Part shown: positions 25,506 through 38,000 of the stretch, one piece after another
Layout: the number at the start of each line of letters is the position of its first letter
Numbering within the stretch: position 1 is the first letter of the stretch
Origin: Octopus vulgaris
Lineage: Eukaryota
NCBI GenBank assembly: GCA_951406725.2
Contig: OX597827.1
Coordinates: 61,690,001-61,754,000 of the forward strand
Length of the DNA stretch: 64,000 nt
Reading direction: 5' to 3'
The notes under the pieces: model-generated
The model's input: the letters and a program-made list of their open reading frames with translations, nothing else
The model's database searches: none
What the model was told of the DNA's origin: nothing
Position numbers and translations under genes: made by a program

Positions 25506-28059
25506 TACTAGAAAAAATGATGAAGTGTGGAAACACTTCCTCATTTTTGTCCTCATATAAGTTTGTTTTCACCAGATAACGTATCAAACTCTATAATAAA
25601 ATTCATCTATGACCCAGAGGAGGGTATAACGTCTGCAATGTACTTTAGAAGGTATGAAGAAATCACCAGGGAAAACTGCAAGTCGTGGACGGATAACAAA
25701 AAAAGTAAGATTATTATTACATAAATTAGTACCAGCTGAGTATGAAAAATATTGGGGCATCTTGGGAGGGTCATTACACACATTGGTTCTGTTTTGTAGT
25801 GAAAGAGGTAGTATGGTGGACCCGTTTGAAAGGGCTAAAGTCAGACACTTTCCTCTTTGGCCAAGGTCTCATCAACTTTTAGGAAGATGAGAGCAGAGAG
25901 GGAAGTGCTGTCTCCTAGCAAATTTATTGAAAGGCGGGTGAATGTTGGTAAAATGGCCGGTATGAATGGACCAATTCTGAGGTTACACCTCTAAAAAAAA
26001 AAGGTAATATTAAAGGAGAAGGGGCTCTCTACCCCTTTTGACCAGGCTCCTGTGGCTTTTATGGGTTTTTCCACGAGTAGCCTTTTGGAGTGCCTCCAGT
26101 TATCGGGAGTTTTATTTGTTATATTTTTCACTGTATTTGAATGTTTACACAGACTTTTCTTTTTCGCAAAACCCTTTGTACTTTTCGTCCTGTGTTTGTC
26201 CTTACATCTTTTTTGATTTATGGTAGCCCTTATGGCCAATAAAGCCAGAATTAATTATTATTATTATTAGTCAAGGTAAGGCAGCAAGCTGGCAGAATCG
26301 ATACTGCACCAGACAAAACACTTAGCGGCATTTCTTCTGCCTTTACATTCCAAGTTCAAATATTGCTTTGGTTGACTTTGCCTTTCATCCTTTCAGAGTT
26401 GGATAAAATAAGAACAAGTTGAGAACTGGGGTCATTGTAATTGACAAGCCCCACCTTTCAAAAATTGATAACCTTGTGCCAAAATAAAAAAAGACTATCA
26501 TTCATCAATTCATTAACACTTAACTTATTGATTGGTTGATTAATTGTTCAGTCAATCAAGCAATCAGCTAGGTTTGTCAAAGCCATTTCATTGCTATACG
26601 CAACATAATCAATGACATGTCCTCTCTACGCTAGGTCTGCCGGCCTGTCTTCTAATTTCCAGCTTCTATATTTATATTCATATGGATGTGAGTGAGAATG
26701 CATGTGAGCTGTGGGTGCAGTGGTGATTATTATAGTAAAGCATGTTTTCACTGATGTTGTTTGGTGTTATAATGTCCTAGTTTACATCTGATCTTAACGA
26801 GTGTTTGTTCAGTTTCAGACAGACGATCAATGTTACTGCATATACTGTAAGGTAAAGTATTGTTTCGCATTGGGAAAATGAACCCCCTTCCCGACCACGC
26901 ATCAGAGGGGAATGTGAAGAATGAAAAGGGGCAGAAACAAATTGCCACATTTTATAAAATTAGGATAGCCATGAACATTCTTTAACAAGAGCAACACCAT
27001 GGAAAAAAGGAAAATTCGGATGCAAATTGTATTATGTATATCTCATAAACAAGGTCAGGTAAGGTTACCTTCTTGTATTATACCGACTCATAAGAGCTGG
27101 TTTTCTGGTTTCAAGGCATATATATTCCCCACCTGGACAGGACACTAGTCCATCACAGGATTACTCATTTTCATCAGCTGAGTGGACTGGAGCAACATGA
27201 AATGAAGTGTTTTGCTCAAGAACACAATGTATTGCCCGGTCCAGGAATTGAAACCACAATCTTACAATCATAAGTCCAACATCTTAACCACTTAATCAAA
27301 TGCCTCCACACTTGATAAAGACGGACATACCCAAAAATTTCACTGATATTTGAAACGGATATACTATTTCTTCCCACTCTGAGAACTGCTGGTGTAAGGC
27401 ACATCTTTTGAATAAACACAATTTTAGCCTTGTGGTGAAAAGTGGTTACATCACCGTTTACATTCACACATAACAGTGCATGCATTAAGTTAGAAAATAA
27501 GCCCTGTTGTATTTTTTACATGATCACTTAGCCTAGTGTTTTCCAACCTATTTTCCCCCAGGTCACACTATAATTTTCCAGAAAATGTATGCCCTATCTT
27601 TCGTTTTTGGATTTAGCTTGCAAGATTCTCTATGTGAGTTCGTGTGTTGAAGCATATTTTGTTGTGCCTGGGGAGAGTCATTTTCTTTTTGTGCCTTGTG
27701 ATTTAACACAATCACCGGTAAAATTTCCACTTATTTCTTATTTTCCTAAAATTTCTGTTGCGTCTTGCAACCTTTTCAATAGTATGCCCTATCAGTTGTT
27801 GGAAAATATTCTTAATATTTTATAACAATTATTTAATACAAAAGAATCTACCAGTAACTTTTTTATTAAGTACTGAGTACAAAAAAATAATGAATCACTT
27901 TAATGAGGACCTTGTGCCTGGTAACTATAGCACCACGCCCACCTCAATTTTCCCAGGTCCCACCGGCGGGGCATATGTCCTATGTTGGGAATTGCTAATT
28001 TAGATGGTACATTTTCAATACTTACAATAAATTAAGCATTAAATGTTACATTCTAATAT

Positions 28060-29157
28060 AGTTTTCCAGCAATGGAAGCAGCAAAAAATCTTTGTTCAAT
28101 CTATGGAAATGAATCTTTAACCCTTTAGCATTTAAAACCAGCCATATCCAGCCCAAATATTCTACTTGTTTGACTTTCAAACTAGCCAGATCTGGCCTAT
28201 TATATCATTCTAAAACTATGTGTGATCATATCATTGAAATTTCAAAGCGACAAGACAGAGCATGATTAATTCAAAATAATCTGAATACACAAGCATTACA
28301 TTAGGCAAAATAATCTGAGTGCTAAAGGTTTAAGAATCTGAAAATGTTAATGGTGGTTTGGCCAGTTAAACTTTGGGAATTTTTTCTTTTGCCAATTCCC
28401 CTCAATCTGGGTAACCAGGTTCTATCAATATTAAGCTTCTGAAAACTGTAGTTGAGGAAAATCCAAAACAAACTGAATGTGAATTAGCAAAACAGTTCAC
28501 GTCACACTTTGATCATAAAACACCTTCATGAAATAGGAAAAGTGTCTACACAGTGGGTCCCTCACTACTGGAACTTTCCTGGGTAAAGTCATCACAAGTG
28601 ACATAAAGAGGATTCTTTACAATAACATCCAACAAAAAGAACAATGGTTAGCAGACAATGATAAAGAATTCATCTCCAAACGAGGACAGCACCCAAAGAA
28701 AGTTACGCTCTATGTTTGGAGGGATATGAAAGGGTTTATCTATCATGAAGTGTTAAACCAAAATGAGATAGTTAAAGTAGAGAAGTTTGGTCATCAAACA
28801 TAAGTATGCTCAAAAATTTGTAGAAAAAATACTCATCATAAGAGGATATTGCTCTTACACGATAATGCAAAACCACGTATTGCCTGAGTCAATGAGGAAA
28901 AGATTATGTCACTAAATATGTAAGTTTTGCCTGATCCTCTTTGCTCTCTTGACCTCATTCTATCTGACTCATCTTTTCAGATCAGTGCAACATTATTTAG
29001 AGGGGGAAAATAGTTAATTCGTTGTGAAAAGGTTAGAAACAATACGGAATGTTTCTTTGCTTCAAAACCTGAAGAATTTAATGCCTGAGCAATCTACAAG
29101 TTGCCAGATCGATGGAATGATGTTATCAATAATGAGAGGATATATGATCTTGATTAA
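28060..29157 (+). mobile_element. Highly decayed mariner transposase, interrupted by a piggyBac MITE at 28121-28329
   Basis: Rejoined sequence reads AAKNLCSIYGNESL..KC.WWF, then WVPH, HPKKVTLYVWRDMKG, LLHDNAKPR, with many stops and frameshifts. Confidence 0.8.
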
Positions 29158-29378
29158 CCGTTTCGTTACTGTATCTATTTCGAGATGCTCTGTGTTTCTT
29201 TCAATTATTTTACATATAACAAAGAATTTAGTAAAATAATTTAATTACCATTAAGCTAGTGTTAGGGACATAAATTGCGACTAAGGTTTGTTGGTATATT
29301 TTAATGAAAAACTTATGAAAACAAGACATATGTACTACAGAGCCAGAGCTGGTTTTGGCCGGGTTGGTAACGAAAGGG
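29158..29378. mobile_element. piggyBac-type MITE, family 2, inserted at the TTAA overlapping the mariner stop codon
   Basis: gaTTAA|CCGTTTCGTTAC...GTAACGAAAGGG|TTAA. Confidence 0.8.
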
Positions 29379-31849
29379 TTAAATATGTGACAGGACATTC
29401 TCTGCAATGTAACAAGTGCAATGCAATTTAGAACAGTTTAACTATGTCCTGGTTTAGACAACAAACAGCAACATGCCACTGTCTCTCCATTCATTCTTGG
29501 ATACAGATCTAAAAACACTAGTAAATAGTCAGCACTATTCCAATTTTTTCTGCCCAGAGAGATAAAAATGAAGTGATGACCACTTTGCTTGTCACAGTAA
29601 GGTTAAAATTCTTTATTTATCCAAAAATTCTGCTTATCAAATGTTATCTTTTATCATCATCATCATCGTTTAACGTCCGTTTTCCAGACCAGGGTCTGGG
29701 AAGCCTGGAGGTTGCACCAAGCTCCAGTGTGATCTGGCAGTGTTTCTACAGCTGGATGCCCTTCCTAACGCGAACCACTCCGTGAGTGTAGTGGGTGCTT
29801 TTTACATGCCACCGGCACAGGTGCCGGGGGAGCTGGCAACGGTCACGATTGGTTGGTGCTTTTTATGTGCCACCGGTACTATATTTCATGTGTGTAAGTC
29901 ACTGGACAGCATCCATGCTGGGACACCATTTTGAAAGGTTTAGCCAAACAAATTGTCCCCAGTATTTTTTTACCCGCCCCATTTAAAGTCGAGTACCTAT
30001 TCAATCAATTGCTTTTACTGAATAAGATACAGGAATGTTAACAAACCAACACTGTTTGTCAAGTGGTGGGGAAACATGCTCAAAGATGCACGCACACACA
30101 CACACGAGTTTCCTGACAGATTAAGTCGATTATATCGACCCCAGTGCATAACTGGTACTTATTTAATCGACCCTGAAAGGATGAAAGGCAAAGTCGACCT
30201 CGGCGAAATTTGAACTCAGAACGTAGCGGCAGATGAAATACCGTAAGGCATTTCGCCCATCATGCTAATGTTTCTGCCAGCTCGCCATTTCTTGACAGTT
30301 TCTGCCCACCAAATTCACTCACAAGGCATTAGTCAACCCAGGGCTATAATAGAAGGCACTTGCTGAAGGTGCTACTCATGAGACTAAACTCAAAGCGACG
30401 TAGTTGCAAAACAAGCTGCTTAACCACACAGCCATGTCTGCGCATTTGTATTACATTGGGAACTTTCAACTGAACAACTGGAACTCTTGTTTGTTGAACT
30501 CAAGGTAAAATCCATTCATGTGTGTTTGTGTGGTAAGTAGCTTGCTTACCAACCACATGGTTCTGGGTTCAGTCCCATTGCGTGGCACCTTGGGCAAGTG
30601 TCTTCTACTATAGCCTCAGGCCAACCAAAGCCTTGTGAGTGGATTTGGTAGACGGAAACTGAAAGAAGCCTGTCGCATATATGTATGTATATGTTTGTGT
30701 GTCTGTGTTTGTCCCCCAACATCGCTTGACAACCGATGCTGGTGTGTTTACGTCCCTGTAACTTAGTGGTTTGGCAAAAGAGACCAATAGAATAAGTACT
30801 AGGCTAGCAAAGAATAAGTCCTGGGGTCAACTTGCTCAACTAAAGGCAGTACTCCAGCATGGCCACAGTCAAATGACAGAAACAAGTAAAAAAAAAAAAG
30901 AAAAAAAGTCTTAGTAGATAGGCAGGTATGAGGCTTACTCTGGTAAAATCTAATTTCTCAACATACCCTTTTAACATGGATTTTTAATCTGCTAGAAACG
31001 GCAATCAAATTTTCAAATCATACTGCACTAGCTTACCAGAAAAAAAAAGGGGGGAGGAAGCAAAGAATATTGGAAAGAAATTCAGATCTGTAATCCTAGA
31101 TACACTTAAAAACTGGATGGTCATAGTTGGAATGCCTTTGATCAAAGGTCTATTAGATTAGAGCTGATGTAAAAAAAGATGAAAGCTTGCCTGGAACAGT
31201 CATGTATCCTGTCACAAGTCCCTGTCTAAAAGCATTCATGAAGGTATAGCTGAGAGAGGGTGAAAGAAAGGCAGACAGAGAAAATTCTGGTTTGACAACA
31301 AGGATTGGACCAGATCACAATACAACGAACCTGATGTGCATGACAGAGAACAGAGATGGTTGACTATGAAAATATCTAGAGTGGCACTGGCTCCCCAAGA
31401 ACCCTTAACTACATCAGTTAAGGGTTCTTGATGATGATAATCTGGGGCTAAACAACAATTACCAGTTATGTGACACCATTATCAGCCACGACTATGATTT
31501 CACTTGGCTTGACAGGTCACAGCATACCACCAAAGTTCTTAGTCACTACTCATTGCCTCTGTTAGGCCCAAAGTTCGAAGGTCATGCTTCACCACCTTGT
31601 CCCATGTCTTCCTGGGCCTACTTCTACCACAGATTCCCTCCACAGTTAGAGATTTGCACTTCCTTACACAGCTGTCCTCGTGGGTTATCCTATACTTTTG
31701 CAGAGTACAAATTTATCATTCTTATACAAGAATATCCTATCCTTAACAGTTGAGTCAGGGTTTTTGAAAAGTAAAAGATGTAATTAAGGAAAACAGTTAT
31801 TTCATAAAATGTTAAAAAGATGTCAAGTTCACAGAAATCTTTTCAAAGC

Positions 31850-32867
31850 TTCATTATCATTAGGACATGCAAAAGCTAGAGAGCAATGAGGCTAGTATGT
31901 TCTGCTGGATGTGTGACAGAGCACGGATCCTTTTGGTTTGAACGGCAGTTTTTTCTAGTGGTGTCATATGAAATTGTCACCCATAATTATGACCCTAGTA
32001 TCGATCTATTGCATTTCAATCTGTTTTAGGGTTAGGGGTGGGGGGAAGGGGAACTTTTTTTCTTCAGAAATGTAAATAAACCCAATCTGTTTCTTAAACG
32101 AGGGACATATTCATACGGCACAGAATGTTATTTACCTCAATGGACGTCATCGATTGGTTGAAATTGCAGAAATTGAAGAAAAACAACAAATATCTTACAA
32201 ACTATAGAATTTTCTCAATAAAGCTAAGAGAAAAAGATGTTTTATAAGCACATTCTACCAGTATATGAAGTTTAAAATTTTTTAGTTACCTAGAAATTAT
32301 GTTAAAAACTGCCGTTCAAACTGAAAAGATCCCAGAGTATTAGTGTTTTGAGGGAAAGGTTAGGCATAAGAGGATTTAAATGCAGTGTGCAAGAGAGAAG
32401 AGTGCACTGGTTTGGTCATGTGAGGCAGATAGATGTAGACAGCTCCATAAAGAAGTGCTGATCACTTGAAGTGGATGGAACTTGTGGAAGAGGGAGACCC
32501 ATGTAGACAAGGGACAAAGTGCTGAAGGACGATCTCAGGACACTGAACCTTATAGAGGAGATGACAAAGGACTGAGATATCTTGTGCCTTGATGAAATCA
32601 AGAAAACCCGTCCTCTAGAGCAGAAGTGTTAATGCTACTCCTGATGAAGAGGACTGGCCTGCAAGAGCCCTGTGCCGGTGCCACATTAAAAGCTCCCCCA
32701 GCAGATTCTGTAAAGTGGTTAACATTAGGAAGTGTCTCCAAACCATAGAAACCAAGCCAAATCAGACTGGAAGCTGGTGCAGTTCTCTTGCTCACCAGCT
32801 CTGGTCAAACTGTCCGATCCATGCCAGCATGGGAAACAAACATTAAAAGATGACGGTGATGATGATC
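31850..32867 (+). mobile_element. RTE-clade LINE 3' fragment interrupted by a DNA transposon
   Basis: KLESNEASMFCWMC...HWFGHVR...CGRGRP; ends with a gatgat tail. Shorter tails of the same family at ~12030-12425, 16440-16742, 18410-18560, 33405-33753, 38135-38728, 40943-41260(-), 48280-48830 and 49975-50355. Confidence 0.7.
31925..32331. mobile_element. Non-autonomous DNA transposon with GGATC termini, inserted in an RTE fragment
   Basis: ~28-bp TIRs ggatccttttggtttgaacggcagtttt / aaaactgccgttcaaactgaaaagatcc; imperfect 8-bp TSD cagagcac/cagagtat; internal ttagggttagggg. Related pieces at 48124-48270 and ~58690-59101. Confidence 0.7.
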
Positions 32868-34309
32868 ATGCATGCATGCAAATATGCCAAATTCACATAC
32901 TGACAAACATACATGTTCGTCCATCGGCGTGATGAGGACCATCTAGTCATCTTTAAGGATGAATGATGATGCGTGAGTGATTTTCTTTAAAGCGAAGCAG
33001 AGTTGCGCAGTTAACCTCTCTCTCTCTCATTTATGGCCGTCTTCAATCCAGTGCCAAGACCAGGTCAAGATGACCGGGAATGGAGACAAGATAACGTGTC
33101 AACCAAGATATTTCATTTGCTTCATGTTTCCTGCACCTCACAATGCATTGCTGCAGATGCCTTCCCCTCTGTTGAAGGTTTCTTCCACTGAGTCTGCTAA
33201 GGCCAGTCTTCAAATGCATAGGTAGATAAACCCTTATATGCTAATAACCCTTAGCAGGCATTCTGACAGGTGCTACTACTCCAGGTCAAAATAGACCTGG
33301 GAACAATAGTGGATAAAAGCTGGTTCCATAGCCCTGAAAACCCTACTACCAGATGCAGTTGTAAGTCATAACTAGGACTATCTGACAAACATACACACAC
33401 AAATATACCATTCGAGCATGATCGTTACTAGCGTCACCTTACTGGCATGTGAAAAAAAAATTCAACCAAGGTCATTGCCAGTGCCGCTGGACTGGCTCCT
33501 GTGCAGGTGGCACATAAAAAACACCATTTGAGCATGGCCGTTGCCAGTACCGCCTGACTGGCCCTTGTGCCGGTGGCACGTAAAAGCACCCACTACATTC
33601 TCTGAGTGGTTGGCGTTAGGAAGGGCATCTAGCTGTAGAAACTCTGCCAGATCAGATTGGAGCCTGGTGCAGCCATCTGGCTCACCAGTACTCAGTCAAA
33701 TCATCCAACCCATGCTAGCATGGAAAGCGGACGTTAAACGATGATGATGATGACATACAATGATATAAGAATACTCATAATATAAATATTTAAGGTAGCC
33801 AATTGGCATAGCCATGAGAACAGATGGACTGCTTTGTGGTAATCGTTCCAGCTTACTGCACTTTGAGTTCAAATCCTACAAGGTCGACCATGTTTTTATC
33901 TTTTTTTCAGTGATCAATAGATAAAGTACCAGTCATGTATTGAGCTAGATTTTTCTCTTCTTTTAACTCTTTCACTATGTCTCTCACTTTCTGGAGGAAA
34001 TCAACTTAGTTTAGATCTGGCAAGGAATGAGCTCAGCCAGGTCTAGTCTAAAAATGCCTAAAATACTGCATGTCAAAGCAGCATCCCTATGACTCCATCA
34101 AGGATATCGGGGTCCATGGCATGGCATGACAATACAAATGCATGTATGAGCATGTATATACATAACACACACACACACTTATACATTCTCCTCTATACAG
34201 TCAGGGATTCTGCTACAAGTAGCAGTTACACATATGTGTATACAAATACACATCTATACACACAGAGCAATATATGCATATTCGTAACACAAATATACAT
34301 AGAACACAC

Positions 34310-34361
<52 letters not shown>

Positions 34362-34887
34362 TCATACATTAACCAATAAGGTGCCCTCTACAGCCACTTA
34401 AGTGGTTTCAAGTGGAAGTCAAGAACACTGCATTTTAGCACAAGAGGTAGTAATAAAATTTTCTCAGTTGTCACATGCTAGCCAATATACAGGCATGCCT
34501 AATGTGGTTAAGAAGCTTGCTTCCTAACTACATGGTCCCAGGTTCAGTCCCACTGTGTGGCAACTTGGGCAAGTATCATCTACTATAGCCCATATATATA
34601 AATATATATATATGGGCTTATTTCAGTTTCTGTCTACCAAATCTATTCATAAGCTCTGGTTGGCCTAGGGCTATATATATATATATAGGGGGAGAATTCA
34701 CGAAAAAAAAACAAAAGACGAAGAAAAAGGTGGTGTAGAAAACAAACAGATGTATTAGTATAACGCTCGGGAATTGAAAAAGTCTCTAACGTTTCGAGCC
34801 TACGCTCTTCCACAGAAAGAAACAAGGCGAGAAAAAAATGTGTGTAGTGGCTACCGATCTATCATGGCGAAATATATATATATATAA

Positions 34888-35097
34888 TTTATTTAATAGG
34901 TCACAATACACGTATGAAAGTGCTACTAATAGTTTCATACTGTGAGAAAACTCAAACATTCTTCAGGCATAAACCACATATTAGTAGCACTTTAATACAT
35001 GTATTGTGACCTATAAATAAGTAACATTTATCTCTCGCCAGATGGAGTAATTTTTTTTTTTTGTTGAATTTTCTATTATGGAGCAGTACGTTTATAT
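34888..35097. mobile_element. Penelope-like terminal-repeat relic with inverted arms and hammerhead
   Basis: Arms ataggtcacaatacacgtatgaaagtgctactaata and tattagtagcactttaatacatgtattgtgacctat; same family as 3797-4285. Confidence 0.6.
34920..34970 (-). ncRNA. Second copy of the same minimal hammerhead family (weaker stems)
   Basis: AUGC-CUGAAGA-AUGUUUGAGUUUUCUCACAGUAU-GAAA-CUAUUAG-UA^GCAC; helix III and flanks match the 4125-4179 copy. Confidence 0.65.
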
Positions 35098-38000
35098 AAA
35101 CACACACACACACCCTTGTCTAGATATCACATGATGGCTGAAAATAAGCATAATTGTCATAGAGAGGTGTTTGTTTCCAGTTTTTCGTAAAAGAAAACAA
35201 AATCTAGCTATGGAAGGAAATGTTACCATGCTTAGAAATAGGTGGGAAAGTGACAACAGGAAGGGAATCCAGCAATAGAAAATTTGCCTCAGCAAATTTC
35301 ATCTGACTCCTACAAGCATAGAAGCGTGAACATTAAATGATGATGATGATACACATACACATATACACAGAAGCAAGCCATATTGAGCTAGAGTGGCAGA
35401 GTAGGTTCCTCAAACCAGTATGATCTGATGTAGAAACTCAAGGCGGCGAGCTGGCAGAAATGTTAGCACGCTGGGCAAAATGCTTAGCAGTATTTCGTCT
35501 GTCGTTACGTTCGGAGTTCAAATTCCCCCGAGGTCGACTTTGCCTTTCATCCTTTCGGGGTCGATAAATGAAGTACCAGTTATGCACTGGAGTCGATGTA
35601 ATCGACTTAATCCGTTTGTCTGTCCTTGTTTGTCCCCCCTGTGTTTAGCCCCTTGTTGGCAATAAAGAAATAAGAAATTCACGGCCTCAACATCAGACCA
35701 TGGATGGTGGAGAGAACATGCTGAGGCCCTCATCCTGCAGTGGACTGAGCATGGGCAGTCCAAGCCAATCCAATACAATACAAGCAAGCACAAGACAATA
35801 TACATATGAACATAAAGGCCATAGAGACAAACACACATACATACACCCAGCCAAACACAGATCAACTTAGATACACACAAACATTGTAAACCAACTGCAA
35901 TGGCATAAAGAAAAAGATTTTTTTAAAATATTTCCATTAGCTATTATCATCATCATGTAACAACATGACTACACTTGCTATCATTACCATTAATTACATA
36001 AAAATCAGTCCAAACAAAAGGAACAGTTAATTAACATTTCTGCTGCTGTCTTTTCTCCTTTTCTCCCACCCATTTTATTATTATTATTATTATTATTTTG
36101 TAAAAAACATTACCCAAGGCAAAGGGAATAATATCTATTTATTCCTTTAATTTTCATGAAATATTAATGCATTAGACTGACTAGTAAGAAGCTGAGAGAC
36201 GTATCTTTGTTTAACATTTTTTTTTCATGCTAAGAAGCTTGCTTCCCAACCACATGGTTCAAGGTTCAGTCCCACTGCATGGCACCTTGAGCAAGTGTCT
36301 TCTTCTATAAGCTCAACATCTGTATTTTTCTGAGATATTTTTAGTCATCAAGACTGGAGTATCGTTCAAATATTGGAATAAAATTTTTGTTATATATATA
36401 TATATATAGGCGCAGGAGTGGCTATGTGGTAAGTAGCTTGCTTACCAACCACACGGTTCCGGGTTCAGTCCCACTGCATGGCACTTTGGGCAAGTGTCAC
36501 TTGGAAAAAGTGGACCTCAAAATGGTGATGATGATAAGTAATTATTTCTAATATAAATGAAAGACCTAGAATTTAGGGGACAGGAATAATAAATTATTTT
36601 GACCCCCAGTATTTGACTGGTACTTTCTTCTACAAACCTCCAAAAGAATGGAAAGACAAAAGTTGGTTTCAGTGACATGTAAGAGCGCACGTGTAGTGCC
36701 ATGTAAAAGCACCCGTGTGGCACCACATAAAAGCACCTAAGCAGTGCCATGTAAAAGCATCTAGCACACTCTGTAAAGTGGGTGAATTAGGAAGGGTATC
36801 CAGTCATAGAAACCATGCTAAATCAGATGGGCTGGTGGGGCAGCTCTGGTACCACTGTCCAACCCATGCCAGCATGAACAATGGACATTAAATGACGATG
36901 ATGAAAAGTAAAGGGCTGCAATAAACACAAGGTATTTTATTCAATGCTTTAACCCTTTAATGTTTAAACTGGCCATATTCAGCCCAAATATTCTGTATGT
37001 TTTATATACAAACTGGTGATATCCAACCTCTCACACCTAACCTATATTGATATTCTAAAAATAAACTATCACATCATTGAAACCTCAAAGCTATAAGATA
37101 ATGCATGATTAATTCAAAACAATTTGAGTGAAAAACTATTACATTTAACAGAGTAATCTGAATACTAAAGGGTTAAACCTTTAGCATTCTCTCCCCCACC
37201 CCTCAATCACACCTTACTGATTTAACTCTATAACATAGAGATTAATCTGTCAAATGTCATGCTTATTAATTCATAATGTTTTGAATTAATCACTCATTAT
37301 CTCGTTGCTTCAAGATTTCAATGATGTGATTGCTTATTTTTAGAATGACATTGCAGAGTCAGTGTAAGAGTCTAGATCTGGCCAGTTTGACATAAAGCAG
37401 GTATATTTGGGTTGTATATGGCTGGCTTAAACCTTTAGCATTTAAACTGGCCATATCCAGCCTCTCACATCTACCCTACAATGTCTTTCTAAAAATAAGC
37501 ACTCAAATCATTGAAATCTCAAAACTGCAAGATAATGCATGGTTAATTCAAAACAATGTAAATGAATAAAAATTACAATCGAAAGGGTAACCTGAATGCC
37601 AAAGGGTTAATGATTCTACCCCACCTCCTTTTTTTCCTTTTTTAAAACTGTTACTCAAGGTTAAACACTTGCAGAGGAAGAGCATCAATGACATAAATTA
37701 ACCTCACTATATGGCCAGTACATATTTTTATCAACCTTGAATGGATGAAAGGATAATACACACCTATTGAGAACTGAACCCAGAATATAGCACAGAAATT
37801 AAACAAAAGGAACAGGCATGGCTGTTGGGTGAAGAAGCTTACTTTTGCAACCACATGGTTTCAGGTTCAGCCCTACTTTGTGTCGCCTTGAGCAAGTGTC
37901 ATCTACTAAAGCTCTGGATGCCCAATGCTCTGTGAGTGTATCTGGTAAATGAAAATGGTATGGTGGCTCATCATGTGTGTGTGTGTGTATATTATTATTA

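Larger units (their letters stand above)
23687..25765 (+). mobile_element. Gypsy LTR retrotransposon remnant (Mag/K02A2.6-like): 5' LTR, PBS, gag, zinc knuckle, protease, internal duplication
   Basis: TGTAG...CTACAACA LTR (~23687-23994); PBS-like TGGCAACAAG and TGGCAATGAG (decayed TGGCGACGAG); gag NSITKFSHDSEEGITSAMYFRRYEEIFREDCKSW; CYRCGALH knuckle; protease VNIKLQLGTGSNILII. Gag segment repeated at ~25500-25765. No pol or 3' LTR. Confidence 0.8.

Noticed and set aside
32641-32670. CTGATGA motifs here and near 10955, 14510, 20462 and 23553 as hammerheads
   Set aside because: No correctly placed stem II-GAAA-UH or stem I.
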